DNA of 63,728 nt, filler included, from Lama guanicoe (lineage: Eukaryota): NCBI GenBank assembly GCA_013239625.1. It is 206 parts of 206 records of this genome, joined end to end, with 100 filler letters (N's around TTAATTAATTAA, not from the genome) between each part and the next. Parts side by side here need not be neighbours in the genome. Positions count along the whole stretch, not along the records: positions 1 to 209 come from PNXV01035614.1; positions 310 to 518 come from PNXV01035615.1; positions 619 to 827 come from PNXV01035616.1; positions 928 to 1,136 come from PNXV01035617.1; positions 1,237 to 1,445 come from PNXV01035618.1; positions 1,546 to 1,754 come from PNXV01035619.1; positions 1,855 to 2,063 come from PNXV01035620.1; positions 2,164 to 2,372 come from PNXV01035621.1; 198 more parts are not named here. One strand, 5' to 3'. Every line of letters starts with the position of its first letter. Position 1 is the stretch's first letter. The notes below the pieces were generated by a model. It saw only the letters and a program-made list of their open reading frames with translations, was not told the origin of the DNA and did not search any database. Positions 1 to 11,962 of the stretch are shown one piece after another. The translations under genes were made by a program, and so were the position numbers.

Positions 1-2472
1 TTCCAAGTATCTGGGGTGTGACATCCATGGTCTAAAGTCTATTTCTGTACGGCACTTTAAAACTAGCCCCGACTGCATATCAGCTGGGTTTTGTTTAGCC
101 TGCAATTAAAAGGATAATTTCCCATCCTTCCAAAAGGATTTCTAAGCATCTTAAAACTGACAAATATTTTTAAAGTTAAGCACATTGCCTACATTTGATG
201 GCATTATTTNNNNNNNNNNNNNNNNNNNNNNNNNNNNNNNNNNNNNNNNNNNNTTAATTAATTAANNNNNNNNNNNNNNNNNNNNNNNNNNNNNNNNNNN
301 NNNNNNNNNTTCACAAGTTAAAAATAAAAAGCACTACAAAGGCATAAGCGTCATCATTCCCCCATCCAAATCCCTTGAAAGGACGCAGAAAACCCCTGAA
401 GGGACTTTTTGAAAGTCTACAGGTATCTCCTTAGCTTCTTTCACTCGAACCTGGACCACATTTATGATAAACAAACAGCAAATATCTGGGGCAGTTGTGA
501 GCCGGTGAAAGGAGTCTCNNNNNNNNNNNNNNNNNNNNNNNNNNNNNNNNNNNNNNNNNNNNTTAATTAATTAANNNNNNNNNNNNNNNNNNNNNNNNNN
601 NNNNNNNNNNNNNNNNNNCTGCCTCGAAATCAGGGAATATCCCAAGGAACCTGAAAAAGGACTGGTCGTCATAAATGGGCAATATACGGCCTGAACGGGG
701 TGTGTGGAGTTAGGGAGGGTGGATCTGCGCACTCTGCTTTGGTGGTTTGGAGAAATAGTTGTGGGCAGATGGCATATGAGTCTTGGTCTTTGTTAAAAAC
801 AAAATAAAACAAAACATAGAAAGCCTGNNNNNNNNNNNNNNNNNNNNNNNNNNNNNNNNNNNNNNNNNNNNTTAATTAATTAANNNNNNNNNNNNNNNNN
901 NNNNNNNNNNNNNNNNNNNNNNNNNNNGCTTCCCCAGCCTTAAGAAACTTGCAGAAAGGCTCAAACAAAGGCCCAGTGGAAACAGTGAGGTGAACCCAGA
1001 AAGGAGGCCTCAGGAGGAAGGCACGGAGCGAAACTAGCCTGGAAAAGGCCTTCACCCAGGGGGGCCTTCTGACTGCCCTCTGTTCTGTCCCAGGCTCCCG
1101 GAACATCCAGCCGCCGCTCTCGTGTGCGCTGAGGCANNNNNNNNNNNNNNNNNNNNNNNNNNNNNNNNNNNNNNNNNNNNTTAATTAATTAANNNNNNNN
1201 NNNNNNNNNNNNNNNNNNNNNNNNNNNNNNNNNNNNCAAGTTGACAGCTGGGTATGTGAATCTGGAGGCATAAATGTGGGGTTCTGTGGCATTTTATGTA
1301 CCTTTACTTTTCAGGAGACAGAAGAGATGTCCTTGGGCTGAACCCTGAGGAATGGCAATATTTGGAAAGGAGGCAGAAAAGAAGTTTGTTTTCTACACCT
1401 GTGAGTCTGTTTCTTTTTTTGCTATATTCACTAATTTGTTTTACTNNNNNNNNNNNNNNNNNNNNNNNNNNNNNNNNNNNNNNNNNNNNTTAATTAATTA
1501 ANNNNNNNNNNNNNNNNNNNNNNNNNNNNNNNNNNNNNNNNNNNNAGCATGGCATGCAAAGTTCTGCTCTAGGCTTCCCCCTTGCCTCACACTCCTCTCA
1601 CTCTGTATTCCACTGTACACATGTCACTCTCTAAGGTACCACTCAGTTGCGCCTCTCTGCCTTTGAACTAGCCTCTCTCAAGCATATAATGTCAACTCTG
1701 GAGCCCCCTGCCCTTCCCATGGCTTGCTCCCATTCATCTTACAGCTCATGTGCCNNNNNNNNNNNNNNNNNNNNNNNNNNNNNNNNNNNNNNNNNNNNTT
1801 AATTAATTAANNNNNNNNNNNNNNNNNNNNNNNNNNNNNNNNNNNNNNNNNNNNTTATATATTTATTTTTGTATATCTTGATTTGCTCCAGAAAGGATCC
1901 GAGGTGACTTGGTTATAAATTGTGTGGCTCATAAGAAATTACCACGATTCCAAGCCACTGGGCTTGTCAGCAGAAAGGCTCAGGGCAGCTAACGAACCCC
2001 TCCTGTCATCTCATCGGAAGTGGAGGAGCTAGAGGAAAGCCAACCATGTCCAGCCCTGACGCANNNNNNNNNNNNNNNNNNNNNNNNNNNNNNNNNNNNN
2101 NNNNNNNTTAATTAATTAANNNNNNNNNNNNNNNNNNNNNNNNNNNNNNNNNNNNNNNNNNNNGTGCTGGAATTCAAAGATAATAAGACAGTTTCGCCCC
2201 TGTCCCAGGGGCTCACAGAATCTAATAAAATACAGTGCAGGGACCAGATCACTGCTGGGAGTTAGGGACAAATATGTTCAAGGTAGCATTCAAAGCATCC
2301 ACAAATGGAAAGTTGCCCACCTATTTTATCATGGCATGAAAGTGGAGAAGTAAATTGTGTTATGTTCATACANNNNNNNNNNNNNNNNNNNNNNNNNNNN
2401 NNNNNNNNNNNNNNNNTTAATTAATTAANNNNNNNNNNNNNNNNNNNNNNNNNNNNNNNNNNNNNNNNNNNN

Positions 2473-2681
2473 GGGTCAGTTTCATGAGAACTGTTCCCCC
2501 AGTTCAGATCCCAAGTGCAAGCTGTGGGTCCCCAGGTTACTCACACGTCAGTCTGCCTTGGCTAAACATGAGGCTTCCCACAGCCTCCTCCTCAGGCTCG
2601 AGAATTTGCTATAATGGCTCACGGACCTCAGGGGAACACACTTACCAGTACTGTAAAAGGTTTTGTAAAGGATATAAATGA
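2473..2681. mobile_element. MER21-family LTR fragment
   Basis: CCTCCTCAGGCTCGAGAATTTGCTATAATGGCTCACGGACCTCAGGGGAACAC...AAAGGATATAAATGA. Confidence 0.7.
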
Positions 2682-4128
2682 NNNNNNNNNNNNNNNNNNN
2701 NNNNNNNNNNNNNNNNNNNNNNNNNTTAATTAATTAANNNNNNNNNNNNNNNNNNNNNNNNNNNNNNNNNNNNNNNNNNNNTTTAAGAGAAACTACTTAC
2801 TCTAAATTATTTTCTACTTTGGGATTAAAAATGTTTTATAATTATATTCGAAGTATGTATATCTAAGCCAGGAATTTCTAGGACTTCATTGTTACAACAG
2901 AAGGAACAATCGGACACTCTAAACTGCTGAAAATCTTATGATCTCCTTATGTGGTCTGTCTCTGTGGCTCAGTTTCTACTGCAGTATAAANNNNNNNNNN
3001 NNNNNNNNNNNNNNNNNNNNNNNNNNNNNNNNNNTTAATTAATTAANNNNNNNNNNNNNNNNNNNNNNNNNNNNNNNNNNNNNNNNNNNNTAGTTGTCCC
3101 TAATCCATGTTGATAGTCAGTTAAAACACTCTCCACCCTCCCCTCCAGCTCCTTGACTGTTACATTTGTGCCTTTCAGTTGAATTTCTGTAAGACCACTA
3201 TAGGTAAAGGTATGTCAGGGTTGGGTTGTGATATGTATGGATTGAAGTAGATGGACAGTGAAGACCATAACTTTCCTTATGTTCGAAATAAAAAACAAGN
3301 NNNNNNNNNNNNNNNNNNNNNNNNNNNNNNNNNNNNNNNNNNNTTAATTAATTAANNNNNNNNNNNNNNNNNNNNNNNNNNNNNNNNNNNNNNNNNNNNT
3401 CTTTCTCTACCAGGCAAATTCATATTTACTCTTTGAGACTCAGATCAATTATATCCACGCTCTGTGAAATTTTTTCCAATGTCTTAATGGAGACTTACTC
3501 ATCCTCTCCTTATATTTTATGGCCTCATGTTCACATATTTGTCAAACTTCACTGGGTGATGATGCATTAATTTTGTTACGTGTTTGTCTTGCCCATTAGA
3601 TTTTCAGTNNNNNNNNNNNNNNNNNNNNNNNNNNNNNNNNNNNNNNNNNNNNTTAATTAATTAANNNNNNNNNNNNNNNNNNNNNNNNNNNNNNNNNNNN
3701 NNNNNNNNACAGAATGTAATTCCTGGAGAAGGACATTTTGTACAGTATATCATCACAAACCAATGGTACTATGACAGGGTAGAAGCAGCTCTGATAAATT
3801 ACTTACAAATAGGATCTTAGAATTCTAGCACAGATCTAATTTGAGGCTAGCAGTATTTGTGGAGCAGTAGATTTCATTTTTGCATCATACAAAGGTACAA
3901 AAAAAATCCTGCACGTANNNNNNNNNNNNNNNNNNNNNNNNNNNNNNNNNNNNNNNNNNNNTTAATTAATTAANNNNNNNNNNNNNNNNNNNNNNNNNNN
4001 NNNNNNNNNNNNNNNNNCAAAGGTTATGAAACATTAGAAAGTTTAGTTTTATTTTCATCATGGTTATTGTCATAGTAACTAAGCATTTTAATAAACTACG
4101 GAAATGCAAATAATGAACAAAGGGAGAG

Positions 4129-4159
<31 letters not shown>

Positions 4160-4170
4160 TACACACACAT
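4129..4170. repeat. Compound (TA)n(CA)n microsatellite
   Basis: Direct reading. Confidence 0.9.
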
Positions 4171-4944
4171 AACTACCCTTCCTAGACCACTCCAGAATCA
4201 AATTCATGTGGAACAAAAAAGCAGGTNNNNNNNNNNNNNNNNNNNNNNNNNNNNNNNNNNNNNNNNNNNNTTAATTAATTAANNNNNNNNNNNNNNNNNN
4301 NNNNNNNNNNNNNNNNNNNNNNNNNNCCCCAGAGACCGAGGGCTTTCTGCTTGTTCCTGAAGGCCCCACCCCTGAAGGGGCACTGGGTCCAGTGGAGCAA
4401 TCAGCCTGGTTCCCCGCCAGCCCTTAGGGCTTTCGTAGGGCCTGGAATATCAACTACCCTACCCTTAGGGGGCCGTTTGTCCTTTCCAGCCAACAGACCT
4501 AGGTCATAAGTACTTTAACTCACCTGAGGGTGTTTNNNNNNNNNNNNNNNNNNNNNNNNNNNNNNNNNNNNNNNNNNNNTTAATTAATTAANNNNNNNNN
4601 NNNNNNNNNNNNNNNNNNNNNNNNNNNNNNNNNNNAAAAAATACTTGTCCTCATGTTTTATAAAAGATAGGGAAATGTCACCTGTCCACCTAATGGATGA
4701 CGATGATGATTTAGAGTTGGGCAGATGGGAGGCAGGGGACAAGGTGAATGGGGATCCGCAATTAAAATCCAAACTCTACAAGTCTTATTGAAAGCCTGCC
4801 TACCCAAGGCTGCTCCCTTGACTAATGCTAACCTCCCTCAACCCNNNNNNNNNNNNNNNNNNNNNNNNNNNNNNNNNNNNNNNNNNNNTTAATTAATTAA
4901 NNNNNNNNNNNNNNNNNNNNNNNNNNNNNNNNNNNNNNNNNNNN

Positions 4945-5153
4945 TTTTTTTAAATTGAAGTATAGCTGATTTACAATGTTGTGTTAGTTTCTGCTATACA
5001 CCATAGTGATTCAGTTATACATATATATCTTTTTCCTTTTTAATTTTAATTTTTTATTGAAGTATAGTTAGTTGCAATGCATCAGTCTCTGGTGTACAGC
5101 ATAATGTCCCAGTCATTCATATACGTACATATATTTGTTTTCATATTCTTTTT
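4945..5153 (-). mobile_element. Two stacked LINE-1 3' ends
   Basis: T-run + ATTGAAGTATAG occurs twice (about 4945 and 5050), each followed by TACAATG/TGCAATG...GTTTCTG/GTCTCTG...TACA, the typical L1 3'UTR terminus. Confidence 0.85.
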
Positions 5154-5361
5154 NNNNNNNNNNNNNNNNNNNNNNNNNNNNNNNNNNNNNNNNNNNNTTA
5201 ATTAATTAANNNNNNNNNNNNNNNNNNNNNNNNNNNNNNNNNNNNNNNNNNNNGCCCAGATGGTGTCTTAGGGTCTTGGTGGAGGAACTGGATAAGGGTT
5301 AATACCACAAAGGAAAACCAAAAAGAAAATGTGTATTAAATAGTGCTGTGTGTACACGCAC

Positions 5362-5429
5362 GTGTGTGTGTGTGTGTGTGTGTTTACATTCAAGTCACAC
5401 ATGTGTTAGTGTATGTGATGTTCCTGTAC

Positions 5430-5461
<32 letters not shown>
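5362..5461. repeat. (TG)n and (CA)n microsatellites in inverted orientation
   Basis: (GT)n at about 5362-5382 and (AC)n at about 5433-5461. Confidence 0.9.
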
Positions 5462-7725
5462 NNNNNNNNNNNNNNNNNNNNNNNNNNNNNNNNNNNNNNN
5501 NNNNNTTAATTAATTAANNNNNNNNNNNNNNNNNNNNNNNNNNNNNNNNNNNNNNNNNNNNTGTAGAAGTCAATGGCGAGAAATCATGCTAAAGGATTAG
5601 AGGAAAGAAACTCAGTATTAAGCCTGTAATTGAGAAAGGTTTGCGGAAAGGTTGATTGGAAAAGGTTCACCAGGTGATCTGTTGAAGAGCAGGACAGTGC
5701 ACCTTTCAGTAAAACCCTGTAACAAAGGACAAAGTATCATTTAACTCCAGCCACCCCAGTATGTGCCACTNNNNNNNNNNNNNNNNNNNNNNNNNNNNNN
5801 NNNNNNNNNNNNNNTTAATTAATTAANNNNNNNNNNNNNNNNNNNNNNNNNNNNNNNNNNNNNNNNNNNNAGTGGTTGGCTGGAATCCTTCTTTGCTACC
5901 GGCCCTCCCATGCTACCCCATGCCGCTCCCCCATCATTTAGTCTTTAAATTACTAGAGGAGTCCAGAAATGGAACCTTAAATTTTTTTCCAGTAAAAGTA
6001 GATTTTTTGAGCTGTGTAAGGACCTTTTAGTTAACTTTACGTGAGGATAGGACATGTGATAGTAAGTATTAACCCAGCTNNNNNNNNNNNNNNNNNNNNN
6101 NNNNNNNNNNNNNNNNNNNNNNNTTAATTAATTAANNNNNNNNNNNNNNNNNNNNNNNNNNNNNNNNNNNNNNNNNNNNCTATTTTTTCTGAAAGAAAAT
6201 TTATTTTTAAATTACTGTTTAATATCTGGCTACTTTAAAAAATTGATAACAAAATTATTAAATTTCTATGCATTAGCCATATCATTAAAAAATTAAGAGT
6301 AGTGGAACTATAATATTATTCAAATATACCTATTTACTTGTAATGATATAATAACAGTTCTGTGAAATCAAATTTTTAGTAAAATGAANNNNNNNNNNNN
6401 NNNNNNNNNNNNNNNNNNNNNNNNNNNNNNNNTTAATTAATTAANNNNNNNNNNNNNNNNNNNNNNNNNNNNNNNNNNNNNNNNNNNNCTGTTCTCTTAA
6501 GACCTCTTGATAGTCATAAAAAGCCAAGATATTACCTACACCAAAAATGTTGTAATTTTCTTATAGTTTCCAGAGGTCATTTTTGCTCCACCATCTAGCT
6601 AATAGAGCTAAAGAAACACTGAAGACAGGGACTGGTCTCTCCATCTGTTTTGTAACTCTGTTTTCCTTGTTTTTCCAGTGGAATTAAGGAAGCTTCANNN
6701 NNNNNNNNNNNNNNNNNNNNNNNNNNNNNNNNNNNNNNNNNTTAATTAATTAANNNNNNNNNNNNNNNNNNNNNNNNNNNNNNNNNNNNNNNNNNNNGAA
6801 CATTCCCAAGTCTGAGGGATGGATTAAATAGATCACAGAGAATATCTTCATTTGGCAAAGTCACCATTTTGTTTTGTTGAAGTGTTTAAAAGATGTTAAG
6901 TAGTCTGATGAATCAGAATATTATCGAGCAAATGCTGTAGATGATCTTTTTTTTTTCACTCTTAGCACATAAATGCCACTTCAATGAAAATTCAAAGTCT
7001 AGACAANNNNNNNNNNNNNNNNNNNNNNNNNNNNNNNNNNNNNNNNNNNNTTAATTAATTAANNNNNNNNNNNNNNNNNNNNNNNNNNNNNNNNNNNNNN
7101 NNNNNNTATAAAAATTAAATGTATTAAAGTATGTATGGCACTTAGAAATTGCCTGACACAGTAAGCATTAAATAGTATTAATTATTATTTAATTTTCATG
7201 CCAGTAAAATACTAACAGATAGCAAACTGAAAGGGAGATAGGAGCTGCCATGAGTGGGTACCCCCAAAACTGAGGTAGGTGACGTTTGCAAAGTAATGGA
7301 AAAAGCTAGCGACCGNNNNNNNNNNNNNNNNNNNNNNNNNNNNNNNNNNNNNNNNNNNNTTAATTAATTAANNNNNNNNNNNNNNNNNNNNNNNNNNNNN
7401 NNNNNNNNNNNNNNNGGGGAGGTGCCTGGGAATTATCTGTAGGAACAACTAGGTACAGATTCAGAAGTGACATTTATGTCTGCAGATGTCTTTATATCGG
7501 TGCACAAAACAGAGACCATAAGCAAAAGGAAATTGAAATATTCATCTCAGGCAGTGAACGTGGAAACTTAAGATGCAGGTTGGAAAGTCTGCAAGAGTGT
7601 CTCTATGGCTTGCTTCTCTGAGCTTNNNNNNNNNNNNNNNNNNNNNNNNNNNNNNNNNNNNNNNNNNNNTTAATTAATTAANNNNNNNNNNNNNNNNNNN
7701 NNNNNNNNNNNNNNNNNNNNNNNNN

Positions 7726-7830
7726 TCACTCAGAACACCTACTGAACATTGACAGAACATCACCTTCTTCGAAAGACAAAATTCACCACAAATCTGGTAG
7801 GAAAAAAGTAAAAGGAAAATAGCGTGGGAC
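7726..7830 (+). mobile_element. LINE-1 5'UTR fragment (artiodactyl type)
   Basis: CAGAACACCTACTGAAC..TGACAGAA...CACCACAAATCTGGTAGG resembles cetartiodactyl L1 5'UTRs. Confidence 0.5.
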
Positions 7831-8034
7831 AAATCCCACAGTGTGGGAGTGACAAGGGAGGATTTGCACTCTTAACCTGGGGGGAAGGGGGACTCCAAGT
7901 CTTGTATCTGTGCAAAGTAGCCCTTGGCCCACAANNNNNNNNNNNNNNNNNNNNNNNNNNNNNNNNNNNNNNNNNNNNTTAATTAATTAANNNNNNNNNN
8001 NNNNNNNNNNNNNNNNNNNNNNNNNNNNNNNNNN

Positions 8035-8205
8035 GTATGTATCTCTCTAATATCTAAAATCTACCTTTTCTCAACTGTGGCTCACCCTTGAATTCTTTCC
8101 TGGGCAAAGCCAGGGACCCACACTTACCAAGGCACATTCCAAAGGACTCAGCTGAGACCTGGGACAAGGCCCTCCTCTTGCCCCACATTCATTTTTCCTG
8201 CATCA
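8035..8205 (+). mobile_element. ERV1-type LTR 3' end
   Basis: CTTGAATTCTTTCCTGGGCAAAGCCAGGGACCC ... terminal CCTGCATCA. Confidence 0.6.
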
Positions 8206-8375
8206 TTTCTTTCTTTCCTTCTTTCTTCACATAACAGCTTTATTNNNNNNNNNNNNNNNNNNNNNNNNNNNNNNNNNNNNNNNNNNNNTTAATTAATTAA
8301 NNNNNNNNNNNNNNNNNNNNNNNNNNNNNNNNNNNNNNNNNNNNCTTAAATAATGAATGAAGGCATTTCATTTTA

Positions 8376-8508
8376 TTTGTTTTTGTTTAGGAGAGAGATA
8401 ATTAGGTTTATTGATTTATTATTTTTTTAATGGAGGCACTGGGGCTTGAACCCAGGACCTCCCGCACGCTAAGCACACACTCTACCCCTGAGTTCCACCC
8501 TCCCTGCT
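8376..8508 (-). mobile_element. Full-length camelid-type tRNA-derived SINE (vic-1-like) with target-site duplication
   Basis: Minus strand has A-box-like ACTCAGGGGTAGAG, B-box GGTTCAAGCCC and the tail AATAAACCTAATTATCTC. A 16-bp TSD lies at 8360-8375 and 8509-8524 (2 mismatches). Confidence 0.85.
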
Positions 8509-8654
8509 AAGGCACTTTATTTTAGAAGTATTAACTTAAATGTCCTCTGTTCTTNNNNNNNNNNNNNNNNNNNNNNNNNNNNNNNNNNNNNNNNNNNNTT
8601 AATTAATTAANNNNNNNNNNNNNNNNNNNNNNNNNNNNNNNNNNNNNNNNNNNN

Positions 8655-8863
8655 TTATTTCTAGGTATTTTGTTGTTTTTGATGTAATGGAAATGTTTCT
8701 GCCGGTTATAAAATTCTGCTTTTTGAAGTGAAAAAAAATAAAGTGAGTGAAGGGCCGCAAATGGCAAAGTATCCTTCTTTCTTATGGTGAGTTGTATTCC
8801 ATTACATATATGTGTGCTGCATCTCCATTATCTGTTCAACTGTTGATGTGCACTTAGGATGCT
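8655..8863 (-). mobile_element. LINE-1 fragments
   Basis: TTATTTCTAGGTATTTT...; GCAAATGGCAA..AT..CTTCTTTCTTATGG..GAGT.GTATTCCATT. Confidence 0.7.
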
Positions 8864-9583
8864 NNNNNNNNNNNNNNNNNNNNNNNNNNNNNNNNNNNNN
8901 NNNNNNNTTAATTAATTAANNNNNNNNNNNNNNNNNNNNNNNNNNNNNNNNNNNNNNNNNNNNCAGTTATGTTCTCCTTCTCTGAAGAATATAAAAATTT
9001 ACACAATGTGCCGGTATCCCTGTCATAAAATTGCTCTATGTTGTTCTAAATTAATTATTACATGGAAAATAGATATATCTTTTATTGTTGGGGGATGGAA
9101 ATATCTAGATTATCGAGTACACTTTAATCCAATCAAATGATGAAATTGTTTCTGCTGGGTTGTGTTAAGGCATNNNNNNNNNNNNNNNNNNNNNNNNNNN
9201 NNNNNNNNNNNNNNNNNTTAATTAATTAANNNNNNNNNNNNNNNNNNNNNNNNNNNNNNNNNNNNNNNNNNNNGGCTGACGGCTCTTGCCCCAGAGTGCT
9301 CAGTCGTGCCCGGCCCTGGGGCTCATGTCCTTACGCATGATGCACACAGAAAAACCCAAGGAGGGGGTCTAAACTGCCGTGCTAATTGTATTACGGTGAG
9401 CACTAGGTCACATCTGGTTGGGTCCTTCTTGCTGCCCCACAGTCTCCACCCTTGGGTTCTAACCAGTTTCTTGCTGGCACTCGNNNNNNNNNNNNNNNNN
9501 NNNNNNNNNNNNNNNNNNNNNNNNNNNTTAATTAATTAANNNNNNNNNNNNNNNNNNNNNNNNNNNNNNNNNNNNNNNNNNNN

Positions 9584-9793
9584 CAGAATAAGGTCCCCAA
9601 GATGTCCCTGCCCTAATCCCAGAACCTGTGATTATGTTACCTTCTGTGGCAAGAGGGATTTCACAGGTGTGCTTAAATTAAGGATTTTGAGATGGAGAAA
9701 TTATCCTGCTTATGTGGGAGGATAACAGTCACAGGGGTACTTATAAGAGGAAGGCAGCAGAACAGAGTGGAAGAAGGCACTGGCTGAGGCAGA
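9584..9793 (+). mobile_element. MaLR LTR (MLT1D-like) 5' part
   Basis: CAGAATAA..CCCCAAGATGTCC...CCTAATCCCAGAACCTGTGATTATGTTACCTT...TTAAGGATTTTGAGATGGAGAAATTATCCTG. Confidence 0.85.
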
Positions 9794-10203
9794 NNNNNNN
9801 NNNNNNNNNNNNNNNNNNNNNNNNNNNNNNNNNNNNNTTAATTAATTAANNNNNNNNNNNNNNNNNNNNNNNNNNNNNNNNNNNNNNNNNNNNATGGAGG
9901 CCAGCTCTGCCAGCTCTGGGCCAAGAGCTCTGGATGGCCATTCACCTGAGGCCTCGCCCATCGCAGCTGTGCAGTGCTCTGTGGTGTAGTGGGGCTCAGA
10001 CAGTGCAGGCAGGGTGCTGGACACTAAGGCAGGCCACAGCAGGAACTCGCCACATGGCCCTCAGGGCCTAGAGCATCCTTGGACACCGACCTGGTGTCCC
10101 AGANNNNNNNNNNNNNNNNNNNNNNNNNNNNNNNNNNNNNNNNNNNNTTAATTAATTAANNNNNNNNNNNNNNNNNNNNNNNNNNNNNNNNNNNNNNNNN
10201 NNN

Positions 10204-10412
10204 CACACAGATAGTAGCACATGACTGTGAGACCGTGGAGGAAACAGAACCTGTGTACACTGTGGGTGGAGGTGCGAAATGACGCAGCTACTTTGGAAGG
10301 CAGGCTGGCCCTTCCTCAAAAGGCAAGACTGACTTATGAGATGACCCAGTAATTCTGCTCCTCAGTATCTACCCAAGAGAAATGAAAACATGTCCACACA
10401 AAAACGTGTCCA
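10204..10412 (+). mobile_element. LINE-1 (L1MB-like) ORF2 3' end
   Basis: ATGACCCAGTAATTCTGCTCCT..GTATCTACCCAAGAGAAATGAAAACATGTCCACACAAAAAC. Confidence 0.85.
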
Positions 10413-10822
10413 NNNNNNNNNNNNNNNNNNNNNNNNNNNNNNNNNNNNNNNNNNNNTTAATTAATTAANNNNNNNNNNNNNNNNNNNNNNNNNNNNNNNN
10501 NNNNNNNNNNNNAGGAGGCAGTTTGACAGAATATCTGACCCTATCACCTGTCCCAGCTTGCTCCCTACCCGCCAGCGCTGTCCTGCTCTAGCCGTAAGGG
10601 ACTGACCCCTGAGGCTGTTTGCCAGGAGGAGGCTGGAGGGTGGGGAGAAAATATAAGATATTTTTGTTCCCTCTCCCTCCCTGGCTGGGTGATATCTCCT
10701 CCGTGACCCCAGCTCCCACCAGNNNNNNNNNNNNNNNNNNNNNNNNNNNNNNNNNNNNNNNNNNNNTTAATTAATTAANNNNNNNNNNNNNNNNNNNNNN
10801 NNNNNNNNNNNNNNNNNNNNNN

Positions 10823-11032
10823 TTCATCCATGCATCCATTCGTGCAGTCATTCATTCATCCGTATGTTCATGCATTCATTCATCAAACACTGATGAGGCT
10901 CTCTGTGAGCCCCATCTGGTAACCGGGGATTGGAAGGATCTAGTATGGGAAGATAGACATACAAGCAAACATGCATAAGAGGACCTGGAGGCCTGGTGAT
11001 TGGGTGGCAATTGGAGACTTTCTCAAGGAGCA
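10823..11032 (-). mobile_element. L2 LINE 3' end
   Basis: (TTCA)n-like tail, then CAAACACTGATGAGGCTCTCTGTG.GCC...ATCTAGT..GGGAAGATAGACA. Confidence 0.6.
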
Positions 11033-11752
11033 NNNNNNNNNNNNNNNNNNNNNNNNNNNNNNNNNNNNNNNNNNNNTTAATTAATTAANNNNNNNNNNNN
11101 NNNNNNNNNNNNNNNNNNNNNNNNNNNNNNNNATGATGGTGGAATTCTGACTCTACACCTCACAAACTCACTCATCTGAGGCAGAGGATCAGGGGTTCAG
11201 AGAATCAGCTATGGTCCACTCCGTACTCCTCCGTTTGCCCACCTCAACTTGCTCTTTTTCTCAAGGAAGCAATCACACACACACACACACACACCCACCA
11301 AAATCAGTAGATAACTTTGATTTGTTCTGGCTCATGAGCAATNNNNNNNNNNNNNNNNNNNNNNNNNNNNNNNNNNNNNNNNNNNNTTAATTAATTAANN
11401 NNNNNNNNNNNNNNNNNNNNNNNNNNNNNNNNNNNNNNNNNNGCTTAGGCTCTCTCACACCTGCAGGTCTGATGCAATAGTTGTGAATTCATTTTAATTT
11501 GCTGCAAGTGTCCTCGGTCCCCGTGTCGCTGTGAATGTCCTTCCTAACACACTCAGATGTCTTCCTGGATCTCTTCCTGAGTTCCTTGCTCCTGTTCCTC
11601 AGCTCCAAAGATAAAGGACAAGTGAAGACACATGACCAGAAAAGGCACTGTGNNNNNNNNNNNNNNNNNNNNNNNNNNNNNNNNNNNNNNNNNNNNTTAA
11701 TTAATTAANNNNNNNNNNNNNNNNNNNNNNNNNNNNNNNNNNNNNNNNNNNN

Positions 11753-11962
11753 CACTCCATGGCTGCCTTTTCACTCTGTTCACAGTGCCCTCTGATGCAC
11801 AGAGCGTTTATTTTTGACGAAGTCCAATTCACATATTTTCTCTTTTGCTGCCTGTGATGTGGTGTCACATCTAAGAAATCACTGCCAAATCCAAGGTCAT
11901 GAAGCTTCTCCCCATCTTTCCTTCCAGGAGTTTGACAGCTCTGGGTCTCAGGTTTATGTCCG
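11753..11962 (-). mobile_element. LINE-1 ORF2 fragment
   Basis: TGCCTTTTCACTCTGTT..AGTG.CC.TGATGCACAGA...CATCTAAGAAATCACTGCCAAATCCAAGGTCATGAAG. Confidence 0.85.

Noticed and set aside
619..665. Minus-strand acceptor (CCTTTTTCAG) opening a short exon (FLGIFPDFEA or SLGYSLISRQ)
   Set aside because: Only about 33 nt are available and the peptide is unrecognised; it cannot be told from chance.
9130..9173. C/D-box snoRNA start (AATGATGA)
   Set aside because: Only a C-box-like heptamer; no D box or terminal stem before the contig end.
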